Shown here: positions 1 through 11,519 of the stretch, piece by piece
Position numbering within the stretch: the stretch's first letter is position 1
Layout of the letters: every line of letters starts with the position of its first letter
From: Lophium mytilinum
Lineage: Eukaryota
Direction of reading: 5' to 3'
DNA length: 64,000 nt
Assembly (NCBI GenBank): GCA_010093605.1
Contig: MU004183.1
Coordinates: 1,798,001-1,862,000 of the forward strand
Made by a program: the position numbers and the translations under genes
Notes under the pieces: model-generated
Database searches by the model: none
What the model was told of the DNA's origin: nothing
Seen by the model: the letters and a program-made list of their open reading frames with translations, nothing else

Positions 1-90
1 GAGGAGGATTGGGGTGAAGCTGAGGTCGTGGAGCTGTGGAGAGGTGCGAAAATGCACAATGGCGGGGTATGAGGGGTGCGGAGGACGTAC

Positions 91-119
91 TTGAGACCGT
101 CGGCGATGAAGTCGAACAT
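91..119 (-). CDS. Probable first exon (MFDFIADGL..) of a gene running off the left edge of the window
   Basis: ATG at 119 after a pyrimidine-rich leader, 29 nt open, followed by a GTACGT donor; the rest is outside the window. Confidence 0.35.
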
Positions 120-754
120 GACTGCGACCTGTGCTTCGTCGGCTTGGCTTTCGAAGCTGTTGGGATGGGAATAAAGGTGCGGACGAGGACAGGTGGATGA
201 AGAAGAGTCGGGGTAGGCAGCTATGTGGTACGTAGTGGTCACGATGCTGTCGACAGCTTATTCTTATCGGCCCGCTAGCACGCCCGGCCTTTCTTTGTCC
301 CCGCATTATAGGGCTGATGCTAATTTGGTAAGAGACCACTCCGAATCACCAAACCGTACTACGAGCATTATATGGTCACGTTTAGATTTGCACTATTTCC
401 AGGGATTGTGTGCTCCTTGACAAAGCCTTGGACGGTCACACGTGCGAAAGCGAAGAACAGCGACTTGGGACCCATGATTCATTCCAGATATCTAACTCCT
501 CTCCTCACGGTATCATGAGTTCCGCCTGTCCGTTGTCGTAATCGTACCAAAAACGCTTCAGCTCCATCTGCATGCTCAAAAACCGTATTCACAGCTCCAC
601 GGATCGGTTGGTCTGGTGTCTTACGCAGGACCGCCCCTTCACAGCACTTATCTTAGCATTGTCCACTTGCGAGAGTGTCGAGAAGAGAAGAGGCCCGACC
701 AAAGGAAACAGAGGTGGAGGAAGTAGTGACCGAGCATTAGGAGTAAAATTAAGC

Positions 755-1309
755 TCACTTCTTGCCTGACTTCTTGATGCCCTGGGTGCCCGTGTTCAGA
801 GGGCCCTTCTTTCCCTTCAGGCCGCTGGCGAGTTCCTGGCGGGCTTTGGCATCTATGGTGATCGTTCGTGTTAGCTTCAAAGTATATGTAACTAGAAAGG
901 CCTCTGTAGCAGGGTACGGAGCAATTCGACCACGGGCAGCGCTAAAACGTCGCAGCGACAGCTAGAGAAGACAGGCAAGGTGGTCCCCGTAAGTGAAGCG
1001 TCTACCGAGAAGCCTCTCGCACCCATCTAGTGCTCAGAGTCGAGGTTGGAGTGAGATATGTGATCATCCCACCGCTTCAACATCCGCAGCCTGCCCCGCG
1101 CACACGCAAGAAAGAGAGGGCAAAACGCACCAGCCTGTTGCTTCGCCTTGAAGGCCTTGTCGTCCTCGTCCTCCTCAGCGGCCGGCTTCTTCTTGGGCTT
1201 CTTGTTGTGGATTGGATTCGTACCAGCTGCAAAACAGGCGGCAGTCAGCGGGGCATTCCTTCACCCAGAATCTTCGCGGAATGAACGCACCTCCTTGACC
1301 GGACGGCAT
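755..1309 (-). CDS. TMA7: Translation machinery-associated protein 7 (3 exons: 1309-1291, 1226-1131, 852-755)
   Basis: Spliced translation MPSGQGAGTNPIHNKKPKKKPAAEEDEDDKAFKAKQQADAKARQELASGLKGKKGPLNTGTQGIKKSGKK*; the acidic EDDKAF and GPL..G.QGIKKSGKK tail is typical of TMA7; GT-AG introns. Confidence 0.9.
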
Positions 1310-1920
1310 GGCTGCAGCGGGATCTCAACTCGGGAACAGCTAAGGCGGGCAGGATAGACGAAGAGAGCGGGCCGGATCGCGAGAGATGTTCGGTGGTGGT
1401 TAAGGAAGAAGCGGAAAGCAGAGAGGACTTCTCCCTGGAGGCGCCTTACCTAGCGCGCTGTCTTTTAATGCGCCTCACCTCCGCCACTCCGCTGCCCCGC
1501 CACACGGCCCAGATTTCCACAGCGCCCTGGTCTTGCTCGTTTGGGCATCACGGCATCAGCCGTAGAGCCAGCCGGGAAGAAAGACGTACGAAGTACGTAC
1601 TTATCACCTCCAATTACTCCACTAATTCGTCCGCCTTGGCAAGACTATATATTGCGATCCAGGGCCTGCGTGCAGAGGCGAGTTGCTGTGTTTCAGGCTC
1701 TTTGTTTCACTGGTGGACGCTCTTTTATATCATGTTTGATACAATTCTTGCATAAATCAAAGGTTGCGTTAGCCTTGCATAACAGCGAAGGTACGCTAGC
1801 TTTTCGAGCCTCTTCTCTCACATTAGACGGACACCAAACCCAAACCTTTTCCCATTCCTGTTTCCCAAGAGCACCAAAAGGTATCAGACCATCATACACC
1901 AACCCAAAAGAAACCGTGGA

Positions 1921-1969
1921 CCCGCATTATCACCGCATAATCACCGCATTATCATCCGCATTATCATCC
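1921..1969. repeat. Short tandem repeat, ~4 copies of CCGCATTATCA
   Basis: Directly visible; overlaps the last codons (RDDNADDNAVIMR*) of the Zn2Cys6 gene. Confidence 0.8.
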
Positions 1970-4302
1970 CGAGTGTATAGGCACCATCCCCACGAGCGAC
2001 GGCATTACCTGCAGCGCCTTTGGGTCCATCGACCAGCTGTTAAGATCGGCAATCTGAGCTTGAAACACCGGTGTCAACCTCGTGCACCCAGCCTCCATGT
2101 CCCAGTAATGGCAAGCCTCATTAGGGAAAGGCCAATTAATACAAATGAATCCGATAAAAGCACCCGGCCTGAACTCAGTGGGATGATCGTAGAGGTGCTG
2201 TCGGAGTCCTGGCCTACGCGAGTCAGAATCATCCAGCTTGTGGCTTGACTGGAAAGCTTACCAGGGAATGAGATCCACAAGGATGTCGTAAGGCGTACAA
2301 TCCTGTCGCGCTAGTGGCATCAGCCACTCTGGTAGCTCGTTCATATTCTCAACGCTTGGCCATATCATCCACTGTGGGCCTACGTTAACAAAACGCTCGA
2401 TTACTGGGCTACTAGACAACATACCTTCATCATCTTGGTGAGTAGGTATGCGGATGCGAGCTGAATCGGTAGAGGATGGTTTGCTAGCATCTTATGGGCT
2501 GTGCGCGAAGACCACGTGGGGACCGTCTGTCCGTCATAGGCGTCGCTAAACCCTAGCAGTATCGAGTCGACATCTACATCTCCCCGGCCGAAGATCTGGT
2601 GTGGCTCCCACTCGTTCGCGAGAAGCTCCCGCTTCGTCCTCCGATAGAAAGCACAGTCGAAGCTGAATCTACCTGCTGGATCATTGGGTACGTATGAGAA
2701 GGGGAGGGCTGGTGGCTCGACATTGTGGTGTAAAGAGTATTGGGAACCGCTCTGGCTTGAATCTTGACTGTTTCATTGTTTAGTAACGTGGACTACGACT
2801 TATTCCAATCAGCTCCTCCTACCTGTGGTCCCGGGACGAGCTGTCGTACGACGATGCAGCTAGACTTTGGGATTGCTCCATTTGTACATCATTTTCTGAG
2901 CTTCCTCCGTCGCTGTGTTGATTTTGAGAAGAGTCCTGAACAACTGTTAGCTTTATTTCCTCTCATCGCATACAGAAAAGACCAACCATAAGAGTCTTAG
3001 ACATTGCTTTGGCAGAGTGGCGTGCAAACCCGTTCCTTGACACTTCTTGTGCAAGCTGGAGCGCTGCTGCCCTGTTCGACGCCATGGCCAATGGAGTGAG
3101 TAGTGATTTTACGTCGTGGAGTTCTCTCTCTAATCTTTTCACATGCGCTCGAAGCTGTGTCGTTGTCTTCCCGTCCGCCATATCGTACAAACATGGGAGG
3201 TTCTTTGCTTGGCAAGTGTTACATCTCGGTCGAACTCCATCGCACTACGAGGGTATGTTAGTATCATTCAGCCTGGGAGCAGCGCTTGCACACAGTTCGT
3301 ACCTTGGATTTTCGTTTCCTACAGCTTTCACACGCTATCGACGTTATCTTCCCTCTCGGTGTTCGAAGCGCGTAGGTGCCAGAGATTGGAGAGACCAGTT
3401 GCGTCGTCTTCGAACTTGCTAGCGAGCCGGCCATGCCTTGCTTGGGTGCAAGAGGGGCCTTGGATGCCTGGTCTCCTGTGGTGCTATGAGGTCTAATCAC
3501 TAACGTCGCGACTTGTGGCGAATCAAAATGCGCCATCTGGGGTTGCTCGTCGCCCGCTGAGGAGGACGAAGACGACGAGTCCGTCCTATTCAAGAGTCAG
3601 CTTCTCGATTCTAGCTACTATGACAACGACACGCAATGGCATCTCGCATCGTCTTTGCTTCGACTATATTCGGATTTGTTCTTCCGGTGGTGCCGTCGTA
3701 CGTCTCTCGGGATGAAATCGTTCGAGTCTCTGTGGGAACCCCTCTTTTTTGGCTTCCTGGCGTTGACCCTTGAACAGCTCGGCGATTGTCCGCAGAGGTA
3801 GAGCAGATTTGGCGCCATTCGGTAAGAGAGACAAATGCAGAACTCCAAAGTTCTCATCAAGAAAGCCTTGACAGACAAGAGTCTTCATAAAACCACCTAG
3901 GCGAAGATGTATGCAATATCATGCGTGGGGAGGTCCATATTGCCAGAGATACAACCGTCAAGTTGATGCGATAAGTAGCTTGTGCGGATCCTTGGAAAGT
4001 AGCTCCGGGCGCGAGTCGAAGGGACCCCTCTGATTCACATCACGTCGTACCACGAAGAAAAAGATTGCTCACCCATTGTTAGAGAACTGGACACCAGGAT
4101 GGTCGTAGGAAGTTTTCCTCGACATGCTGCGAGCTTGATGGTCTGCGGGCTCCATGAAGCCGTTGGGCATGACGTTGGCGATGCCACTGCCGGGCCAATA
4201 GTTGTCCCCTAGAGTGGTTGCGTCAATACAGGGCTGATAGGCAGGAACATTATACGAACCGGACGACATGTCAAAACCTCCTGGGGTCATCAACGCGATC
4301 AT
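1930..4302 (-). CDS. Zn(II)2Cys6 transcription factor with C-terminal DUF3425-like domain (about 7 exons; first intron ~486 nt)
   Basis: Spliced ACESCRKRKSK|CDGVRPRCNTCQAKNLPCLY binuclear cluster, coiled coil, then LVDLIPWPGLRQHL...INWP...LTPVFQAQIADLNSW. The exon ending at ~4071 splices in frame to TDSSSSSSSAGDEQ. The start could be 4302, 4290 or ~4269. Confidence 0.8.
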
Positions 4303-4320
4303 TGCTTTTCTTGGATACAG

Positions 4321-7300
4321 GGCAGCTCGTGGGGGTAAACGACAGAAAGTGATGCTAGTATCAAAGGGTGTTGGAGCGGAATGCTTTGAGGGAAATCACG
4401 GAATGAAGCGTGCCTTTGAAATGGGATGGCCTACGGTCTATCTTGAACTCCTCGGCTGCTCGGAGTGGATCCTACCGGCAATCGGAAAAGTATACAGACG
4501 GTCGACTACCGCTTCGACCAAGTACCACGGATAGGCTACAAGCTTAGGGAGAGACGCACGGGCATACCCAACCCGCGGGGAACCGGCAGGACGAAGATGG
4601 TGGTGAAGAGGGCGTCGGACGGCCCTGCAGAACTCAAGACTCCAGGGATCAAGGAACGTCTGCACGCAAGCTGGCAGTAGTCTAATGGGAGTCTTGGATG
4701 CAGTCTTGGGACTTCGCTAGAGTGTTCTGCAACGACGGCCCTGGGATATAGCCACGCCGTCAGCACGCCACCAAGCGATTTGAGGGAGGTTAAAGGCTGA
4801 TGTGGTGGCTATAGCGCATCGCGGACACATGCCTCATGCAGGAGAAAAGCGCCTCTGGGGGAGTGGCATTTGGATGGATGACGCAGGAGGCCGCTGGGCA
4901 CGGAGGATACGGGTGCACAAGTGCATGCACAGGCTGCCCATGCGCAGCGGACGACCAAGGGCCCTGGCGATGGCCGGCGGGCGCTAGATCGGAAGCCCAG
5001 GCGCAGGTCTAGAACCAGCGACGCCCATCGCAGGGAGCACGCAGCCCTGCAGAGGTGGAGCCGCTTGGGGCTTCTTCGGCCAACCTGGCAGCTGCGAAAC
5101 TTATCGCCAACCTCAAGCGTATCGGTCCGACTGATGTGCCGCGTGCAGACGTCCACCCTTCCTTCGGCCACCATGCCCACCCCTCTCTCACCGCGTCCAT
5201 GCCCCCATCCATATCCCGCCCCCGCGTAGACCTGTGTCCACTGCTCTCGACACCACGGCACGCTGGTGACGCCATCAAGGCCGCTGCTGCGCTGAACATG
5301 CCAGCCTGGCGTCGATCTCCGCCCCTTTGGCCATGCCCTGCCTGCACACCTCCTGGTGATTGGAACTTCGGAAAAGGGTCGCGGAGTATGCCGTCGACCT
5401 CGAGCGCCTCCGCGTACAACTCCAGGACTAGGAGGCTGGATAGAGTGCGTCTGCAATCTTGACCCACCGCAGCCGCGGGTGAGCGACCCGGGCATATCCC
5501 ACATCGCTCTCTGCCCCATGGTCTGTGTAGCGCAGAGCACAGCACCACTCGTAGAGCCATCATTGTACTTCCTTAATCCTGCTGATGCAGTGCAAAGCAA
5601 GTGTGGCGGCATGGCTTCAGTGCGTTGGATGGGACGTCAGGGTCCACTCCAGCCGCCCAATGTCGCGTGTTGCCAGTTCAGAACTCCACAGTCACTCCGC
5701 CGCCATGGCCCTCTGGGAAAGCCGTTGCATCGCTCGCGAACTACTCCACACTCAATCGGCGTGCTAGAGAATCGCTTGCGACCCAGGAGTTTGTTTCTCC
5801 CGCTGGCAGCGCTTGACTTCATTGAGCAAGTACAGACGCGCGCCTTCTATCGCCGCCGAGCATGGCCGAATCCAGGCGGCAGGGCGGGCAAATCGCAGTC
5901 AGCGACATGGGGTTGGCCATGAAAACGTACGATCCTGCCGCGCAAGCATCCTGATCAAACAACACCCTCTTATCGAAGTTCAGGCCTTCTGGACGCTGCG
6001 AGAGCAGACCATTACGCGTCACGAGACAGCGGCAATGATTGCCGTGGTAGCGCTGACCCCTCACGCTCCAAACTATCAAGCTTTCTCAGTGTTTATGTGA
6101 GGCAGCGGTCGCTAAGGAGCTTCCCCGCTCTTACCCTCTGGGAGGTTGCAACACTAGTACCTGTCAAACCGTCCAAGGGTCGTGGATGCTCGCGATGGCA
6201 AGATCATCATTTCCGTAGCTGTCTAGGCCAGGTGAAGCCGTGCGGAATACTGCCGAATTTGAGTTTCAAGTGGCTTGGCCTATCGACTCCTCACCACTGC
6301 TTGGTCATACGCAGACTAGTGGCAAACCCTCCGCCAATGAACCAGACGGAGTGCCTGTTTGCGAGTGTTGCTTCCTGTTGAGTGTGGTCATGTTTCAAAA
6401 TCTTGCTCCAGCCACTGGCTATCTCCTCGGGAACTAGACCATGCATCACACGTAAATTTTCGTACATCACTTCTCGAAATAGTATCCCGCAATGTTTCTG
6501 AGCCTAAGCTGCTCGCTCATATCCGATCTAGGAGATGATATCCTTACCATCAGACCATTGTTACACTCCAGTTCTCGAACTCCACTTGACTTCATCCATA
6601 ATTCCTCACTTCTTCGTCGGTTATGCAGGGGCTACTTAGTGAGATCTAGTTTCACTCTCCGGCAGACCCTCGTTTTCTGAAGGAAAAACAGCCTTGTGTT
6701 TGCTCTGGGAAGAGATCGGCGAGAACTGCTTAGACTACTGAAGCACGTTAGCATGCATGTATCCGAAGGACCTCTGGGGAAGCTTGTATTAGTAAGGATC
6801 CTTACCCTTTTTGTGGATCCCTGTTCGTGGTCACCGACTTGAAACTTATGACAGACTGCTCGAGTGAATTGGACTGAGATGTGTTAAGACGCATGTTGGA
6901 AATGCTGTCCTGTGCGAGAACGACTGCAAAACCACAAAACCACTATCCCTGTTGTCTATTGACGCTATCGTCACATCGATGACCCTATGCAAGCGCTTTG
7001 ATAAAACCGGAATGAAGGTGGCATGTATCAGGTGCCTATCTCAAGGGTTCAAAACGTTGATGGGTTGGATAACCTTCCGTAGAACCAATCCGTCCTGGCT
7101 CCATCTCAACCAATCGCCCTTCATCGTCTCATTGACTGGGGCGCTGCCGTTCGGTCGGAGACCTGGGCCATCAATTTGTCGATCATTTTAACGCCTCGGG
7201 ACCGTTTCAACCTTGCGGTGATTATCCCGAGATACCGCCCGCTTGCCAAAGGACACGAGGTAGAAGAATTCACTTGTGCGCTCTATTCCCCGTAAACTGT

Positions 7301-9950
7301 AAAGGTAGCTTCGTTGACCTGCCTTATTTTGAAGCGGAGTCGCCTATTTAGTAGTCACAGCCGGCACCCAGCCGCTTCCCCGCCCTTAGTCGACAGCGCC
7401 AATATTAGGGCTGTTCTTGGCCTGTGGAGAACACCTTCACTCGTCTATTGTTGCAGCTTGTCAAAGTTAGTCTACAGTCGAGACTGTTCCCTCAGTCAAA
7501 ATGTTTGCGTAGCTAAACACCAAGGCCTGTATACCTGTTCAATCATTGCTCTGATACGCAACAGGCTCCTGTTCACTATCCTGAACAACGCTGAGTCAGC
7601 TGCATTTGGCAACTTACGATGTTTCGATTCACTCTGTTTGACACAGTCCTGATGGCTTCTATACCCTCTCTCGACTAGTTTTTCGACTCCCCGTTTACGA
7701 CTCTACAGACTCGACTCGAAAATACGTCTTCCCGTAGTCCCCATCGTCGCTTATCGGTGATCTATCTGCGCCTCAGCCTTTCGGAATCCAGCTTATCATA
7801 CCACGTGGCACAATCATTGGCCCCTGATGCTCTCGCTACCGGTAGCTACAGTAAATACATAGTCGTGTAGGGACTCACACTCCGCTATCTTGAGTCAGTG
7901 TGGTTAGCCACCCCTGGACCTAGCAACTATAGGCTGTGCATCCAGGCTCCGGATATCGTTCCGGATGGCGCTAAACCATCGCAGCCACGTCTACCATGTT
8001 GTGGCATCACCCGGTCACCGGATAAAGCTAAACCCGCCTTTGAGCTTGTTGCAACGGCTTTCACTTGCACAACTGCTGCACATCCGTCTCCTGCATTAGC
8101 ACAATCGCATCTCAACGAGCCGAAATACCCATCGCATAAACATCGGTAAGTCAACTTTGCCAGTGGCAGCGATAGAGGTATCTAGATCTGTCCCGAAATC
8201 GGGTGCGGCACGAGGCTTGCATGAATGACGGAGGGACCCGTCCAGAGCCGCCAAACCCACGTTTCCCTGCTTTGCCTGTCTATCTTTTCCGTATCTGTAA
8301 ATTATTTTCTTTTCCTTTTGTAACTAGGCACTCTGTTTGTTCTCATTCATCACGTCTTTGATTTGTTAATAGTGACCATATCCGTGCCCTTCACGGTGGT
8401 GGCTCCGATGCTTTTTCAACATTCATTTTTCTACAGAACGGGCTACCGACATGCCACCGGGAGCATGCAACCGGGAGCATGCATTGCTCTGACTCTAGAA
8501 GAACGGCATCCTGCAACTGTAGCCACGAATGGATGGGCGCGATGCTGTGGCGTGTGCGTGCGTGGACCCCCTGATTTCATCAAACAGCGGCTCTCTGTGT
8601 GTCTCACAAGTCGCAATAGCAATTACTCTCAGTATGTTATTATTGGCGGCTGCAGCGGCCGCTGCACAGACACCTATGATGTTGCGTGCTCGCGTGCTCG
8701 CGTGCTCACATTTGCAGGAGCGCGAAGCCTCAGCGGGTGCCTGCGTGTCTCACTTAACAGTATCGGCTAACTGGCGACAGATGACCTACATTTAGTCGAC
8801 TACTCTAATTCTATATCGACACTATCCTGGCGAGTGTGGCAGCAAGTGAGACATACCTACCAACGTGCTCAGATCTGTGGCGTGAACTCTATCTACTTTG
8901 ACAACGGCGAGGCTGTATGTCTTACTCAACAAATAGCAGACCACCATCAGGGAGTTGAAGCTTTCAGCTCCACACCGATACCAATCAAAGCGAAGCCTGC
9001 CATTTTTAGCATACATACTATCGACGTGGCTGTGCCCAGCTCTGGGGGCGCGAAGTCAATCAAATTCAGCGAAACCACAGCTCTTCCCGTGTTACTCAAT
9101 GACGAACAAATCACATTCAGGGGCTCTCTTACTCTACCTTTAAACCGATGCCATATTGGGCGACACCTGCAGCGGGTGGCACAGACATAGTCGATATAGC
9201 GCGCTGCGGATCTGGCGGGAGAGAACCCGATCGACTTCACTAAACGCCACTCTAGTTCTATGCATGTCTCTCGAACAATGACAAACGCCTTCAAGTCTTC
9301 ATTCACACTAATTCCACGATGCCGTCTCGAGCGCCACCTGCAGCGGGTGGCACTCACATGGTCATTATAGCGTGCTGCGAGCCTGCGGGAGTGAACCTTA
9401 TCGACTTTCTCCCCGCCACTCCATGCATGTCTCAGGGAGTTTGAATTCCTAATTCCACATCGACGCCATCCCGGGGAGTGCAGCAGCGGGTGGCACATGC
9501 CCGTCACTATAGCGGGCTGCGGATCTGCGGGAGTCGAACCCTATCGCCATCGACACACGCCGCCCTATGCATGTCACGCCGCCCAGCTACACATGCCTGT
9601 CCACGATGCCGTCCTGAGCGATGGCTGCAGCGGGTGGCATCCACACCATAGCTATAGCGCGCCCGTGGATCTGCGGGAGGGCAACCCTATCGACCGCTTT
9701 ATGCGGGTCTTACTCAACCACATCAATAACCATCGTGAACTTTCAGGGATGCGGCCCACAACTCCCATTCAGCTGCCTACAGGCCTTGTAACAGAAACTC
9801 ACGATCGGTGAGGCATGATTCATGGTCGGTGTGGGCCTCGACAGCACCTTCTCCGCTCGTTTGTGTAACTCATGACGACTTCGACGGTCATCGTTTGAAG
9901 CCAAGCTTGGGACTCCTCGGAGAGGGTGTTTTTTGAAGGCGGTGCTGTGG
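4321..9950 (+). ncRNA. Candidate long, highly structured non-coding RNA region (several closed multi-branch domains)
   Basis: No credible ORF. Many nested antiparallel helices, e.g. 4366-4380/5643-5658, 4404-4414/5608-5619, 4425-4435/5550-5561, 4571-4578/5473-5480, 4614-4623/5390-5398; internal wobbles seen were mostly G.T on the + strand. Confidence 0.5.
9146..9710. repeat. Four imperfect tandem units (143-171 nt) with invariant blocks GCAGCGGGTGGCA, TATAGCG, GCGGGAG, AACC, ATCG
   Basis: GCAGCGGGTGGCA at 9169, 9340, 9483 and 9627; the spacers between blocks vary in sequence but little in length. Confidence 0.9.
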
Positions 9951-9967
9951 AGCCGTGACGTGGTCCC

Positions 9968-10385
9968 GACTTCTGCGGTCTTGGAGGCTTCGCGGTGTTC
10001 TCATCGCCGATGCTTTAGGGTTGACCTCCTTTACGGCGAGGCCGTGTTGAGGGCGCGTCGGGGTATTGGTCACATTCCAAATTCTGCAGTACTGGTACTT
10101 CTCGGTGCTCTCCTCGCCGACCTCACCTCGCCGAAGCTTCAGGGGCGCCTCCTTTGGTGCGAAGCTCTGTAGAGGGCGCTTCGGGGTGTTGGTCTTGTCC
10201 CGGCGTCTCATCAATTGTAGACCTCTTTCAGTGCTATTTGTGGAACCTTCAGGGGCGACACCCTTTCCGCGGGCCTCTGTAGAGGGAGTTTTGGGGGGTT
10301 GGACTTGTCCCGTTTTCTGCAGCACTGGAGGGCTCTCGGTGTTTTCCTTGCCAGCTTTCAGGCGCGACGTCCTTCCGTCGAGGTG
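9968..10385. repeat. Degenerate ~110-120 nt tandem repeat, ~3.5 copies
   Basis: Recurrent TTCTGCRG..CTGG..CGGTG..CTTCAGGGGCG..CCTTT..CTCTGTAGAGGG..GGGG..TTGG..TTGTCCC blocks. Confidence 0.75.
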
Positions 10386-10903
10386 AGTTCTTACTCTATA
10401 GCTTGTCCAACCTGGTAGGCCATCTCTATTCTGTGACCAAGTGATGGTTTCAAACATGCCCCTGTTTGAGCTGTGGTAAACGCGTATCAAAGTTCCATGA
10501 GAGTAAACACAACCCATACTACGTAGGCTTGCCGTATCTTTTACGAAGAATCGAATGGCACGTCAACATACACGAATTTCTAGCAGAAACTCTTTCGTTA
10601 AACTAATTCCCACCGCCAACATACTACCAAATGGGCAGAACTAAACCCTACATATCACCTTGTCGAACTCTTGAAACAGCGACACGCTGGAGTTCATCTC
10701 TTTGCCTGTCGCTTCTTGCCGAACAATATCTTCTCACATACTACTCTTTCTCACCACTACTCACAGTACCCAAACTCCCTCCCGAGCTCTCTCACGCGAT
10801 TCAACTACACCAACTCGAACGCCTGGTACACTTCGCTAGGCCACTCAGAGAATTGTAGACAAGCGTTCGCGCCCTTACGATCTAGAGACTGAGTCCGATA
10901 ACA

Positions 10904-10964
10904 CTAGACACCTACAAAGTCTAAGGAATCTAGACACCTACAAAGTCTAAAGAATCTAGACACC
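10904..10964. repeat. 26-bp tandem repeat x2.3 (CTAGACACCTACAAAGTCTAARGAAT)
   Basis: Directly visible. Confidence 0.85.
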
Positions 10965-11519
10965 GATAGAGTGTGAGAACTCTGGAAATAGACATAGTCC
11001 AAGAATTCTAGGGCATAAATAGAGGGAGCACGCCTCAAATATCCCAAGGATGTAACTCTCATCCTCACATGAACCTCGACAATCATTACATCCAGCCGAT
11101 TTTCGTCCATGATCGCTTTGTTCTCGTACTCAATATCAACTCCACCACTCTCACACACCTGCTTCAGCACCCAGTACTAGCTCTCTGACTCCTACCATCA
11201 CTCACAGCCTCACTAGAAACCCTAAGCACAATGCTACGCTCATCGCCTATAGCAATTTTGAGACAAAGGCAGCAAACACATCACAACCATGGACACCAGC
11301 AATTAATTTGAAAGATCATTCGTAATTCGAACTGTAGCATCAGGATACATCATCGTATCCAGGTAGCTTGGGTATCAGGGTATAATCCGCCTCGACCACG
11401 TCTCCAGCCCAGCCGTATCCACCCAACCCGTACAACCCACCTCCCTCACTGCTTAGCAGAAAAGCCACCCCCAATCGCCGATATTGTTTCCACCAGGAGA
11501 TCTCTCTCTCAGCCCTTCT

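Noticed and set aside
2660..2770. Apparent frameshift in the Zn2Cys6 gene
   Set aside because: Careful re-reading shows the exon is in frame (HHNVEPPALPFSYVPNDPAGRFSFDC).
3994..4019. Extension of the + strand fold into the TF intron (pairing with 5730-5747)
   Set aside because: Short, and the intron's own hairpins favour the - strand; likely chance.
4802..5922. Overlapping 130-270 aa ORFs on both strands
   Set aside because: GC-rich, Arg/Gly/Pro-biased translations without recognisable domains; explained by base composition.
9146..9710. CRISPR-like array, HDV-like ribozymes or a repeat-peptide (RiPP) precursor
   Set aside because: Eukaryotic context with no cas genes; the TGC-CACCCGCT-GCA loop lacks consistent P1/P2/P4; the reading frame is not conserved and there is no signal peptide or KR sites.
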